Assembly (NCBI GenBank): GCA_030141605.1
Contig: JAQGDQ010001083.1
Span: 568-64,567 of the forward strand
DNA: 64,000 bases
From: Tubiluchus corallicola
Taxonomy: Eukaryota; Animalia; Priapulida
Direction: 5' to 3'
Numbering within the stretch: the first letter of the stretch is position 1; the number at the start of each line of letters is the position of its first letter. Both the position numbers and the translations under genes were made by a program. Shown in pieces: positions 45,201-60,200 of the stretch. Below the pieces are notes generated by a model. It saw nothing but the letters and a program-made list of their open reading frames with translations, did no database searches and was not told the origin of the DNA.

Positions 45201-48200
45201 GATGTTTTTCAATACTACAACCTCAACAATCACATCCTCTAGATTTGTTGACAGTCATAGATTAGCTTCTGGATAGTCTGTCAAAACAAATCTTATGTAA
45301 ATATTTACGTGTTATTTTCCTAAAATTCATTAAACCGTAAACAAGTACTCATTGGCAGCGTGCCAACTTTGTAACATTCCCGCGAACGACTCACCGTTTA
45401 CTCATGCCAATCGCGATCTCGATAGTTCCCAAGTCAAACTTGCTTTCTGGTTCGCACATGCTGCCGTCTTCACGTTTATCGTTGTTCGAGTAAACAAGCT
45501 TTGACCTTGAGTTTTGACCTTGACTGACATGTGACGTGCACGTGTAAACGCTATCACAACAAAGATGACCTAGATTTGATTCCTTTACCATGTATCTGTT
45601 ATCCAAATTATAGCAAATTGTGTCAAATCGAATATCCCTAGCTTGTCTAAACTCTTGGCTACCTTAAAGCACAAGAAAACTCTCCACTTACATAAAGCTT
45701 TTAAAAAAATCGTCTTGAAATTTTATGCCACTTACGTTTTTGCCTGCAGGTGTTGCGTCGGCAGTAACGCTGCATAAAACCTGTAAATTTAAACTCCCAC
45801 GATGACCGTTAGATGCAGCCATTTTGACGATAAGTCGTTTGAAACAAGTTTAAATAAGACTGAGTAAAGTTTGAAAAAATAATCAGAGCATTCGTAGTGC
45901 ACATGTTGCTAATTAAATATAATTTTAAATTACTGCACCTTGTCAATATGATTAAAAATACGTTTTTGGTTAGTGACTGGCGCACCCTGGAGGGTGAGTC
46001 AGCAACATTTTACTACTTGGCATGAACATTTTAAATTATTAGTCTAGTTACCTAAGTCTTTCTAGCAGGTAAGTGAAATGCTAAATAATACAGATTAGCA
46101 TGGAAAGTTTCTTGGGACATAATTTAACATTTCCTTTTCTTCCCCTGATTTACGTTTGGTACATGACGTCATGTAATGGCGCCGTCGGAATAATATTGCA
46201 GGAGATTTAAAATGAAAACAAACTAAAATTCCTTCAATGCGAGTACGATATGTGCATAAAATTGCTGTGTTGTAGTATAATTTTTTAAGGCGATTTTTCT
46301 GAAACCTACTTCAGGTACCGTTTTCCTGTCCTTTAAGTATCTCTTGTTTTTGCTTTAAAGGGAAAGACAGCGGAATTTTGAAGTATATCTGGAACAATAT
46401 TCCATATATTGTATATAGTCATATATAGTATACAGTTTGTGCAAAGGCAGGCGTCTACCCTTGCGCGTCAAGCACATCTGCATAAGTGTTACAGTACTGT
46501 TCAAAAGCATGATGACACGAAAAATGAGCTTTACATCATATGACGTCAGAAACTAACACCGCAGTTCATGATCATGGTTATCACGGTACCACCTTCTATT
46601 TGTCGGTCACGTGAACGTGACAAAAAGTGCCGTTGCCAGTCTTAGTAGATTCACTGAGCCGCACGTAGCTTTGAAAGTTTAACGAAATTTGAGTATCAGA
46701 GGTAATTATTATTTAATTTAAACTTTGATTTTAAAAAAGTTATTGTAGTTTTCAATATTTTTAGAGCATTTTTTATTCCGAACTCATGTTTACACAATCA
46801 TCCAGTTTTCCTTTAAGTTATATAGTGAATGGTTCAGAGTAACTGGTGGGATGTACGATTTGTTGTGACCTCACTTAAATATATAATGTAATATTAAGTA
46901 AGTACTTATAGCATTTGTTAGTTCGTTGCTCTTTTTGAACACCCTGTATACATATAGTACGGTCATTTTATCCCTTCTTCACATGTGATCAGTTTCTTAG
47001 TTTCGTGACATTAGCATTTTACCCTTGCAAATCTAGGCCTTATCTGTCTTATAGTGGTAATTGGTTTTGTTAATACCAGGTGACCGGTCAACATGTTTGT
47101 GTTGACCACTGTCCATGATTTAGGCTTGCATTAGTCGCACTCGGTTTGCACCGTGTGTGAATGTTGCTATGCTTTATTTCTGTTACTCACAAACAAAGTT
47201 CAGACTTTGGTCGTGAGAGAATGTAGGGCCTCCTGCACTTCTTCTGAACAACGTCGTTGGAGATTTTTCTTCGCCGAAAAAAAATCGACGTCACATGCCA
47301 GGTTATCTTATTTACCTTGGTCTGTAATCTCTTAGTGACGTCATGTCTAATTGATGTTTGATTAACTTTGTACAGTTCATTAAGTGGGGCCCTGGGCAAA
47401 GTTTAAGCAGTGGAATAATTTGCTATTTCGCTTTGTTGGCTTGCTAGTTTGGATTGTTCTCATATTCGTGTTAGCAGAACTTTGACCGTTGATTGTGCTG
47501 CCATGCAAGTTTCAACTTGCACAATAATTTGTGTAAAGTCAACCTCGGGTATAACGTACTCGCTTATAAGGGACCACTTACACCGGTCTCAATTTTTCGT
47601 AACGTTTTTCCTATGTAAAAATCTTCGTATATTAGGTACTCGGATATAAGGGACTTTCGGTTATAAGGGACGATATCTTCATGTCCCCACATAATAGAAA
47701 CCTAGGTAAATTACCTCGCATATAAGGGACCCTATGATCAAAGCGAAATTGATTGATTTTTAACCTCAATTTTTCGCAAACTCGGCCTTCGAACAGCTCG
47801 GTGTCCGCAGTCACATACATCTCACGTCACTGAAGGAGCTTCCTACATACTGTTTGTATTGAATGTGTAGCAATAATCCATAAAAATGTGGGTAAAAGTA
47901 CAGGTCTAGATACACCCTCGGTCTGACTCAACTTTGGCTATAATGGACATCAGATATAAGAGACGGTTTTTTCCGGTCCGGGGGAGTCCCTTATATCTGA
48001 GTTTGACTGTATATTTCATCAGTAATAGAAATTGCTGTTCAAATTTGAATTTATTTAGATTTTTGGTTAAATTGTTATGCGACAAATGTCAAGGGTCAAA
48101 ATGATTGAGACCCCCCCCCAGCTAACAAAATGTTGATGTTCTGATTATTTTTTCAAACTTCTTCAGACGACTTACCGTTAAAAAATGGCTGCTTCTAACC

Positions 48201-51200
48201 GTAACTGTTTAAAGGCGGAAGTTTAAATTTACAAGTTTTTTTGCAGTGTTGCTACTAATGCAAGCTCTACGTGCAATAAGGCAGCATGTAAGTGGTGTCA
48301 AATTCCAAGCTTTGGTTCATTAGAGGACAAGAAAAGGGGTACATGAAGGTTTCAGAAAAATCACCTAAAAATTACATTACTTTAAAGCAATTTTATGCAT
48401 ATATCGTACTCGCGTTGATAGGAATTTTTGTTTGTTTTCATTTTAAATTTCCTGCAATACTGTTCTGACGGCGCCATTACATGACGTCACACACACACAT
48501 ATATGTATAATAATCTTTATTTGCCATTAAAATACATTGATAATCACTGATAAAAACTTTACAGAGATAATCAATCAGTGTTAGTTAATAAAAACTTACA
48601 CTGTTGAAGGCAAATGCGGCAGTGCAATCTAAACTACTGTGCAGTAATGGAAAGTAACGACGAATAAAATCAAACGTATTTACAACTATGCACAAAAAAA
48701 TGAAAAAAACTATGATTTAATTAATATGGCCATGGATATATGAATTCTGAATTAGTGTGTATGTTGTCGTACTGGTGTGATGGTATTTCACATCTGGTTA
48801 ATATTAGTGATTTTAATTTTGTTTTAAATGCTGATAGGGACTTGATTTGTTTAACCTGTAATGGTAGAGAATTCCAAAGTAGAATTGCTTGTTTGATTAC
48901 AGAGTTCGTTCCGTAGTGGGTATTTGTCCTAATTTGTTTTAGATTGCTTGTTCTGGAATTAATGATAGGATTTGGAAAAAAGGTAAATCTGTTATTCTGG
49001 AATGGTTTGCTGATGTTGTTAATGTATTTAAATATAAAAAGCAGAGTAAAATATTCTTTGTGTGCTTCAATGATTGGGAATTTTAAAGTTTTTCTCAGGT
49101 TAGTTGTTGAAGCTTTGAATTTTTGTCTACCTGCCTTACGTTTGTATGAGTACCCAGCTATAAATCTCAACGCATAGTTCTGAAGGAGATTTAATTTTAA
49201 GTAATTTTCTCTTTTGGTTTTTTGAAGTAGCGTACATCCATATAAGAAGTGCGGTAGAACTAAAGTTTTATATATTAGTGTCTTAGTTTCCTTTGTTAGT
49301 TGCCCTTTAAGCACAACGTAAATCAAGGGAAGAAATTGTCCAAAAACTTTCCATGCAAAGCTATATTCCTTAGCATTTCACTTACTTACATAACTACAAA
49401 AGACAAGTATTGATTATGTAAAATGCATAACACCATTTAGTAAAATGTTGCTGACTCACCCTCCAGGGTGCACCACTCACTAAACAAAAACATATTTTTA
49501 AACTTATTGACAAGATGAAGTAATTTCAAATTTTACTTAACAACATGTATGCTACGAATGCTCTGATTGTTTTTTCAAACTTTACGCAATGTCATCAAAA
49601 CTTGTTTCAAATGACCTACGCAATAAAATGGCTGCGCCTAACGGTCATCGCGGGAGTTTAAATTTACATGTTTTATACAGTGTTACTGCCCAGGCAAGTC
49701 CTGTATGCAAAAAGGCAGCATGTAAGTGATATAAAACTTCAAAATGAATTTTTTAAGCTTTATGTCTATGAAGGGTTTTCTTGTGCTTTAAGGCACCCTT
49801 GTCTGGTTATATTTCATCTTCTCTATAGATTATTATTCTGAGAACAATCTTTTGTCTTGTTGTGATTATGTCATCGTGTAATCTTCTTACAATCAAAGCT
49901 CCTTAATCATGTAGAATAAACCGCAATTGTATACAGGATGGAGGAAGTTATTGACCCCTCCCCCATATGGAAGAATCCGGAAGGAATAAAACCTGGATTG
50001 TGTTTTCAACAAAGAACTTCGTCGTCTGCGATCTGTGATAAAACGACGGACATTGTTTGTCGAGCATGATTGGAGAATGTTCTTAAACAAACTTGGTGTT
50101 GTAACCCCTTTTTCTTTTGACTCTCCGGCGATGGAAAAATGATGAGAATTAAAAAAATAGATTAAAACAGTTTTAACATTATCATCAGCTATTTAAAAAA
50201 CTTGCTTGTCTACTTATGTATAAAAAGCTAATTTAAAAATGACAACTTTATCATCGATTTTTAAAAAACATTCATGTCTACTTATGTATGAAAAGCTAAT
50301 TTAAAAAATGACATAACTTTATACAGAACTTATAAAAACATACATGTCTACTTATGTATAAAAAGCTAATTTAAAAAATGACATAACTTTATCATCAACT
50401 TTAAAAAAACATACATGTCTACTTATGTATGAAAAGCTAATTTAAAAAATGACATAACTTTATCATGAACTTATAAAAAACATACATGTCTACTTATGTA
50501 TAAAAAGCTAATTTAAAAAATGACACAAAACTTTATCATTTATCTAAAAATCTTGAAGGTCTACTTGTGTACCAGAAAGGTAAATTAAAATAGTAATAAC
50601 ATTATTATTAACTATAAAAAAAGCAGCATACATTTCTACTTTCAACTTTAGTGTCTGACTTTTCTCGACCTCACGACTTAGGTTGTTTTGACTAATTTCA
50701 CTTTTGTTAACCCGAAGATAAGTATCATTTGGTTCAACTACGGATATTTTGTCACAAGAGTTTAAAGGCCTGTTTCACCTCTAGTTGGTTGTTTACCAGA
50801 ATTCATGGCTGCTTTGGTGTAGTGCATAGAAGAGCATGGAAAGTCACTGACCCCCGCTCTGAGCAGGCGAACTGACGTTATTTTTTTCAAGGGGTTGAAT
50901 GTCGCCGTGGATCAACATTCGCCCTTGTGCTGTGCCGTCGATCTTTGATCGACAACAAATTGCGTCTAATGATTGAAATCTCGATGATATCACCGCGTGT
51001 GAACGACCAACCTTGCCGAACTCTTCGTCTAAAGTTCAGTTCACAAGGTTAGACCCTTTTTTGGGGTGTATCTAGGCACTGATTCATATCTCAGAGATGT
51101 TTTGCGCAAAAGAACCTCTCGTAAAACCAACCTTAGTGTTTATAATAAAAGCAAAAAATTCCACGATAACTGTTATTTCTTATTTCACTCTTGACAAAGT

Positions 51201-54200
51201 GTGAAAGGACCCTTATTATTTCTTTATTACTGCTTTGCAAAGCGCTTTGTTTAGCCTTATTATGATGTATGTCCAACAAACCTGATTAAGATACAGTTTA
51301 CAAAAAAAAACGTGTGTCAATTCATAATAGCACATTTGTATCATGCATTTCATACATGTTTAGCTACATGGAATCCAGGTAAAAAAGTCACAGGTAAAAA
51401 AGTCACAGGAACAAAGTCACACAGAAAAAAGAAATGACCATAACCCCTAATCCTAACCTAACCATAGGCAAAATTAATTTTGAGTTTTTTCTGTACCTTT
51501 TCCCTAGCCAAAATTGTGACATGAAACATGACATCTGCTTGTGACTTTACTACAGGTCAATTGAATTCTTTTTCAATTCAATTTAATCAATTTATTCCGC
51601 ATAATAAACAAACGCTCACAAGTACATTTGTATAAATAATATTTTCTTTGATACAACAAAATTAAGATATAAATTAAGATACAAATTTTAGGAAGAAAGC
51701 TTATATTAGTCCACTAGAACTAGTAACAACATATTTATAATAGTTAGTGTGGTTTAGAGTGGGTGTTAGTAGTATTTCATAATTACGACGTAAACAACTG
51801 ATGTACGATATAGAGAAATGATAAATAAATGCTTTAACACATTCACCAAGCATTTGTGAATGGAACAACACTTGATTAGACTATATGCAGGTTGCACTGC
51901 AGATATACAGGGTGTCTATAACGTCTCTTTACAGTTTGGAAAATTTATTACAAAGGCAGTTGATAAGATTTGTTAACTAGATTTCTTCTAATATAATCAG
52001 TGGTTGTCAAAGTTTTTTTATCTTATTTAATACACCTCTATATGGCCGCCATTAATTGCACAAAGCACATCAAGGCGGTACACGATTTTCTGCCATGTTA
52101 CTAATTACATGAGACGCTTATTGCAGTTTTATTACCAAATCCTCCTAGCATTTTTTGCGAACATTGAAATGAACCTGACCTCTCAAAAGACTTGACCTTT
52201 CCTTTAATATTTATGCCAGGGTAGATTTCCCAGGAAAGACGTGTATCGGTCGACAATGCCCTATTGTCTTTCTTCCTCTTTCTTTGATTTTCTTGTTATT
52301 GTTTCGATTTTATGTTACAGGTCTGCGAGGAACGTACATGTGCCACGTTTACGACTTCTACAAACCCGACATGTCTTCTGAATATCCGGTGGTCGACGGG
52401 AAGTTGTCCATTCAGTGTTACCTGCGAGCACTGGACAACTGCTTCCAGCAATACCGGGCCAAAGCACAAACTCAAATGGACAAGGGTAGGTGGCCAGTGG
52501 TCAGTAAAATTCAGGGATGAGAATTTTCCGTGGATACGCGGAATTCCGAGTTTTTGGAAGACCAGTAGTGCCATTTTTGTAAATCGTGTAAATTCGTTGA
52601 GAAAATTTTTACGGACCCAGTACATTATTTCACAAACTGACCGCTAGGTGGCAGGCCGTCACTTTGTATACATCACGTACATCAGTGTAACCACGTGTTT
52701 ATCTCTATGTATAAAAATATAGAATCAATTGTGCAGAGTTATTTGAGTCAATTGCAGACAGTTTTTATATACTTTTGCATAGGAGCGGCCAGTACTTAGG
52801 CATTTTTGAGACAATTAGGTATCATGTATCCTTGATAGTTGGGTATTTTAAATTATGCATGAAACAAGGTAATTGATATTTTAAGTCCACTTAGAGGCTC
52901 TCTACAGTCACAAAATTGCAATTTGTTGCTGGCTCCAATGGGGTTTCGCCCCCCTCCCCCATGGGGGCCTACGCAGCCCCCGAACCTCCGGCCTGTTTCA
53001 GAGTTTTTTGCAATTTGTCATTCTCATCCCTGAAAGTATTATAATCTTTATATAACACGTGAGGTAAAAATTTAATTATCTAACTATTTCATCTCTATGT
53101 TAACCTTGTTTTTGATAACGGGCGTTGGGTTTTGTTTGTAAGTCTCTATTCAGACTGATTAGTTTCCTATAGTCAGCAGTTTTGTTGTTTACGGACGAGC
53201 CGCCTGTGTTGGTTTTGATATGCCGCTCAAGGGTAAAGAGTTAACTTGATTCTCTTTTGGTGTTATCTCTTCTTCCGTGGTAAGACATTCTATTCACTGT
53301 AATGTACTCACTATTCACTATTATGTATGACATAAGACGTTCTGTTCACCGTATGACATAAGACGTTCTGTTCACCGTATGACATAAGACGTTCCGTTCA
53401 CCGTATGACATGAGACGTTCCGTTCACCGTATGACATGAGACGTTCTGTTCACCGTATGACATAAGACGTTCTGTTCACCGTATGACATGAGACGTTCTG
53501 TTCACCGTATGACATAAGACGTTCCGTTCACCGTATGACATAAGACGTTCTGTTCACCGTATGACATGAGACATTCCGTTCACCGTATGACATAAGACGT
53601 TCCGTTCACCGTATGACATAAGACGTTCCGTTCACCCTATGACATAAGACGTTCCGTTCACTGTATGACATGAGACGTTCTGTTCACCGTATGACATAAG
53701 ACGTTCCGTTCACCGTATGACATAAGACGTTCCGTTCACCGTATGACATAAGACGTTCCGTTCACCCTATGACATGAGACGTTCCGTTCACCGTATGACA
53801 TGAGACGTTCTTTTCACCGTATGACATGAGACGTTCTGTTCACCGTATGACATCAGATGTTCCGTTCACAGTATGACATTAGACATTCCGTTCACCCTAT
53901 GACATAATACATTCCGTTCACCCTATGACATAAGACGTTCCGCTCACCGTATGACATAAGACGTTCTTTTCACCCTATGACATAAGATGTTCTGTTCACC
54001 GTATGACATAAGACGTTCTGTTCGTCTAGACGTTCTGTTCATCATATGACATCAGATGTTCCGTTCACAGTATGACGTAAGACGTTCCGTTCACCCTATG
54101 ACATGAGACGTTCCGTTCACCCTATGACATAAGACGTTCCGTTCACCGTATGACATGAGACGTTCTTTTCACCCTATGACATAAGATGTTCTGTTCACCG

Positions 54201-57200
54201 TATGACATAAGACGTTCTGTTCGTCTAGACGTTCTGTTCATCATATGACATCAGATGTTCCGTTCACAGTATGACGTAAGACGTTCCGTTCACCCTATGA
54301 CATGAGACGTTCCGTTCACCCTATGACATAAGACGTTCCGTTCACCGTATGACATGAGACGTTCTTTTCACCCTATGACATAAGATGTTCTGTTCACCGT
54401 ATGACATAAGACGTTCTGTTCGTCTAGACGTTCTGTTCATCATATGACATCAGATGTTCCGTTCACAGTATGACGTAAGACGTTCCGTTCACCCTATGAC
54501 ATGAGACGTTCCGTTCACCCTATGACATAAGATGTTCTGTTCACCGTATGACATAAGACGTTCTGTTCGTCATATGACATCAGGCATTCCGTTCACCGTA
54601 TGACATGAGGCGTTCCGTTCACCATATGACGTAAGACGTTCCGTTCATCTAGACGTTCTGTTTGTCATATGACATAGTTGCTTCAATGTTTAAGATCTTA
54701 GGTACCAATCATTGTTCCACCGGTGGAAAAGTTTCTGAATCGCTGAGGAACAATTAATAAAAACAGTGAATTTTTATTAGCGCTTTGAACATAATTCCAG
54801 TCATTCTATCTGGTTTTTAAGTAAAGTTTTTATTATAATGCTGAAGATAGGTTTCTTTTAGTACAGATCATTCTCTGATCAGTATGTGTGAGCATCGAAC
54901 ATTCGAATTCAATTCGAACGATTTTTTTTCTTATAATTCAATTCGAACGAATTTTTTCCTTAGAATTCAATTCGAACGAATTTTCTCCTTAGAATTCAAT
55001 TCGAACGAATTTTCTCCTTAGAATTCAATTCGAACGATTTTTTCGCTCAGAATTTGGTTCGAACCTAAAATTATTATGTTTTGTATCATGGATCACAATT
55101 TAGCTGTTGGGCACAATTTTTAAACAAATTATTAGATATTTAGCTAGTACCAACATAAGGGAATCTTGCAGTTGTGCATTTATATTTTCCCCTTTCTGTT
55201 CGAAATAGAGTCTTAGAATGCAGCGATTAGTATAAAAATGACATTTTGTTAATTCAATTCAATTTCAATTTATTTATCTCTTTATAATGTTACAATAAAA
55301 CATGATTAATAAAAGAATCGCTAATAAGTTTTGAAGAATGGTTGAAATGTATAGATAGATCTAGAACTAGAGAAAGGATAGTGAAAATACAATTCAATTC
55401 AATTTCAATTTATTTATCTCTTTATAGTGCTACAATGAAACATGATTAATATAAAAGAATCGCTAATAAGTTTTGAAGTATGGTTAAAATGAATAGATAG
55501 ATCTAGAACTAGAGAAAGGATAGCGAAAAGACAATTCAATTTAATTTTAATTTATTTATCTCTTTATAATACTACAATAAAACATGATTAATATAAAAGA
55601 ATCGCTAATAAGTTTTGAAGAATGGTTAAAATGTATAGATAGATCTAGAACTAGAGAAAGGATAGCGAAAAGACTATAAAGTCACCTAGTCTGCTATCCT
55701 TTACCGAATATAGATAAAAAGATTTTTAGACACTGGTGGGCATTAATGTTATCAGTTTAATTTAGGAAACATTAGTAATTTTTAAAATTATGATATTTTC
55801 TATATAATTCAGAGTAACGAAAATACATGTAGTTTAATTAGCGGGCAACAAAATAAGGTCAATCTTGCATTAATTAATATTAAGGCATTTAACTAGATTT
55901 TGTCGACTTTTGCTTGGCACAGTTTGTAGCATACGTGACTTGGGCTGTTCGTTTACATAGAAGTTGACTCATAATTCACCTGTGTGCAAACTTACTTGTT
56001 GTTCAAATTACATTTACCTGTTGATTAGCCGCCAGGTACCTAATGCAGGTACAAAGACCCGAGAGAAGTTTAATCTTTGCATTGCTTCGGTCGAGTTTTT
56101 GGAACTCGGCCAACTGATCAGAGACCAATGTCCACCTGTGTTCACTAATGCATTGGTAATGTACGTGGTCATCTAGTCTTCTGTTTTGCTGAGGCATTGC
56201 GAAGATTTAACGATAAGGCGTGTTTAGACTTTCACAATTCGTCAACGCTTGCGAGTAACTGTCATGCAAAAATTAACGAAAAAAATTATTGCGTTCAGCC
56301 TTGTCTGTCTTTATAAAGTATTTTGAGGACTTTTGTTTTGGCATTTGTTTGCTGACCCACTACTGATGGTGAGCTTTTGTGAGCATAGAGCAAATTAAAA
56401 ATTAAAATTAGGAACTCAGAAATTAAAGGAGAAGACAAGGGAATTTAATAGTGCGTCCCAAAAACATTTCACACAATGTTGTATTATTTAGCATTACGCT
56501 TACCTGAAAGAGTTGTGTGACTACAAAAAATTTAACATGTTTGCACGAAATGGTAAAACGTCACTGCATCGCCATCCCAGTGTGCAGCACTGGCTCACCA
56601 AAACCCATTATTGATCTTATTTGCTTAGTCAATGGAGTGTGTGCTACAAATACTCTTACTTGATAATAATAAACTAAAACTCCATTCTTTCAAACTTTAA
56701 TGCACATTATCTTTAATGTTATCTGAAGTTGTTTCAAACGACAAACGAGTTTTAGTTTGCATGTCGTTATAGAGTTGAATTTTACCACCTGGCTTCATTT
56801 TTAATAAAGATAAAAATATTCGTTTTGAAATTTTATAACACGTAAGTACTGTCTTATGGCATACAGAGCTTGTATTAACAGTAATGATGTATAAAACATG
56901 CAAATTTAAACTCCCACGATGACCGTTAGGTGCAGCCATCTTGATGGTAAGTCGTTTGAAACAACTTCAAATGACTGGGCTCTTGTGACTGTTATTCAAC
57001 ATCTTGTTAAAGCGCGATGTCATGAATATCACTGACAGCCAGCGTTATTGATATTTAACACACTTGAGTGACAGTAATGAGTGAAAAGTGGCAGTGACAG
57101 TACGGATGCGTGAAGAATTGAAAATTTGCAGTAATTGCTCGTTAGCACCCATCCTCCAGGAATATTAATGGCGACCGTTTTTTTGCAGATGGGAAAGGCA

Positions 57201-60200
57201 ACGCATTTTCCCTGGATAACATTGACGTCATGTGCTTTCATTCTCCGTATTGCAAGCTAGTTCAGAAATCCGTCGCCAGGTTGGCCTTGAACGACTTCCT
57301 GTTGGACAAGCATCCAGACTTCACTAATCGATACAAAGGCTTGGAGGCATTCAGGTATTTTGTGAGTTTTGTACCTTCGTTTTTGTAACTGTTGCGCTTA
57401 GACTTCCGATGTGCAGTTGACAATGATGTATCACGTCGATCGTGATATGTCATGATCGTATACATCATGTCGATCGAAAATGAATCATAAAAACAGTAAT
57501 AAATTATTTAGTTTTAATTCTGTGATTCAAAGATTTTGAAAATTTGTCGCTCGATAAATTGTATTTTAAAGCAAAACCGGACCCAATCTTAAACTGCAAG
57601 TCAAAACTATCTACTATTTAAAATATTAAAAAAGAAAAAGACAGTTTTCTTCTAGAATGACTTACGTGGAAGAATTATTACCGCACAAACACAATTTCTC
57701 GTTCGCGCCACTAGTTCTTCACTGTTACATGCATTTCACCATTTGTTAGTTAGACAGGCACTAGCGCCCTGCATTTCGGAAACGCATTGCGCATAAAACA
57801 AGTGCTGTAGCTCTCAGTTAACATGTTGGTTTGTGACGAACTACACACGTCCGACAGCTCATGCGTGAACACAGCGGTAAATTTGAAATTTGAATTTTTA
57901 TCTTAAAACTTGCCTAGTTTTAGTACAACACACTGAATATCTTACAGTAGCACTGTACTTCAATTTTCTCTTTCACAAACACGTGCAACACGCTCGTGGA
58001 ATATTGTTGATGTTGAAAATTATGTTAGTTTGTGATGTCATCAGTAGTTGAGCTCGCCCGCCGTTAATTAAGTTTCTAATCTATTATTTAATCATCAGAA
58101 ACACTTTTGCAGTGTTAATTGTGTTAAAATATATACTTTTAATCAGACTTGAAAATGGGGTGTGATATGAAAAATCAACCTGTCTTTCTTTAAGCTATAC
58201 CATGCCTTGGTACATAAGGCAGAGTTAAAGGTTCTTATAATTTATAAGGATAATTTTGAACTGTGCATTTCTTATTGGTTTCATTGACATGTCTGAACAC
58301 GTTTTACAGAGATCTGAAGTTGGAAGACACGTACTTCGACAGGGATGTAGAAAAAGCGTTCATGGCTCACAGCAGAGACATCTATGAGAGGAAAACGTTA
58401 CCGACGTTGAGAGTGGCAAATCAAGTCGGAAATATGTACACGCCGTCTTTGTACGGTGGCCTGGTTTCGTTTCTCGGCTGGTAAGCGAACGTAGATTCGT
58501 TTTCATCCGGGTGGGTGTCTTGAGAGGGGAAGTCTTGAGAAGGGGGTTGTTAACCCTTTTGTGTTTTTATGAGATATTCTTAAACTTGTTGCTCTAAAAA
58601 ACTTTTACTTATTGTGATTTTTTTTGGGTTGAATTTTTCGATAACAGATGGCAGCACGGAAAGGGAGAATAAAATTTATACTTTGTAATATTACTGTACT
58701 GTTCTTTTGTTTTGTACGAAATTGTTGCTGATTCTGTACTCAACTGTTTGAGCAAAATAGGATTTTAGTAGCTCTTTTGCTTGTGAAAGTAAGAGAATGT
58801 TGTTGTTTATTTATTTATTTATTTACTGCTAATTATTTATTTCAGCCTTTTTTCTTATTGCCACTAGATGGCTCTAGTGACTCTTTTTGCTTATACGACG
58901 TATTTGCAGGTTTGATGCACTAAAAACTGTTACTTTCATGGATTTTTCACAAGCATTAGTTTGCTGTTATACGTTTAAATTTCTTGTTAATAGATGGCAG
59001 CATCTGGTTGTGCAGTATATTACTAAAATATTTATCATATAGCTCTAATTTCTTTTTAGTTTATGTCAATTATATTCATTTATTTATATATTATATTTAA
59101 TATATCATTATATGATTAATGTATTAATTAAATTCATTTGTTGTTATACGTTTAAATTTCTTGTTAATAGATGGCAGCATCTGGTTTTGCAGTATATTAC
59201 TAAAATATTTATAATATAGCTCTAATTTCTTTCTAGTTTATGTCAATTATATTCATTTATTTATATATTATATTTAATATATCATTATATGATTAATGTA
59301 TTAATTAAATTCATTTGTTGTTATACGTTTAAATTTCTTGTTAATAGATGGCAGCATCTGGTTTTGCAGTATATTACTAAAATATTTATAATATAGCTCT
59401 AATTTCTTTCTAGTTTATGTCAATTATATTCATTTATTTATATATTATATTTAATATATCATTATATGATTAATGTATTAATTAAATTCATTTGTTGTTA
59501 TACGTTTAAATTTCTTGTTAATAGATGGCAGCATCTGGTTTTGCAGTATATTACAAAAATATTTATAATATAGCTATAATTTCTTTCTAGTTTATGTAAA
59601 TTATATTCGTTTATTTATATATTATAATTAATATATTATTATATGATTATAATATTAATTTGTCATTATATGTTTAAATTTATTGTTAATAGATGGCAGC
59701 AGAATATAATATAGCTCTAATTAATTTCCAGTTTATTTAAATTATATTTATTTATTTATATTATTATAATTTATGTATTATTATATGATTAATATATTAA
59801 TGTGTCGTTATACGTTTAAATTTCTTGTTAATAGATGGCAGCATCTGGTTGTGTAGAATATTACGGAAATTTTTATAACATAGCTGTAATTCCTTTCTTG
59901 TTTTTGGCAAATTAGTATTTAATCTATACACAACTGCTTACATAGAAATATAAAGAAACATTTTTGTTGTCTTTCTTCTTTGAAAAGCACAGCATTGTTA
60001 TTTAAGTGCTTACATAGCAAAATGGTCCACAATTCGGCAGTTAAGCTTTTCTAGTTATTTACATTTTCTGAATCTTCATTTCATGAGGATCATTTTGATA
60101 CCAAGTTCATCACTCTATGTTATTTCTAAGCTGAGATAATCCACGTTGAAGTTGAGCTGCAGGCTGCACACTGAAAAACTTAATCTTGAGAAAATCACTG

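Noticed and set aside
51441-51465. Telomere-like taaccctaatcctaacctaacc
   Set aside because: Few degenerate units inside a small repeat element with aaaagtcac motifs; not a telomeric array.
53325-54675. CRISPR-like appearance of the 23-56-bp arrays
   Set aside because: Head-to-tail units with no unique spacers, no cas genes, and eukaryotic intronic context.
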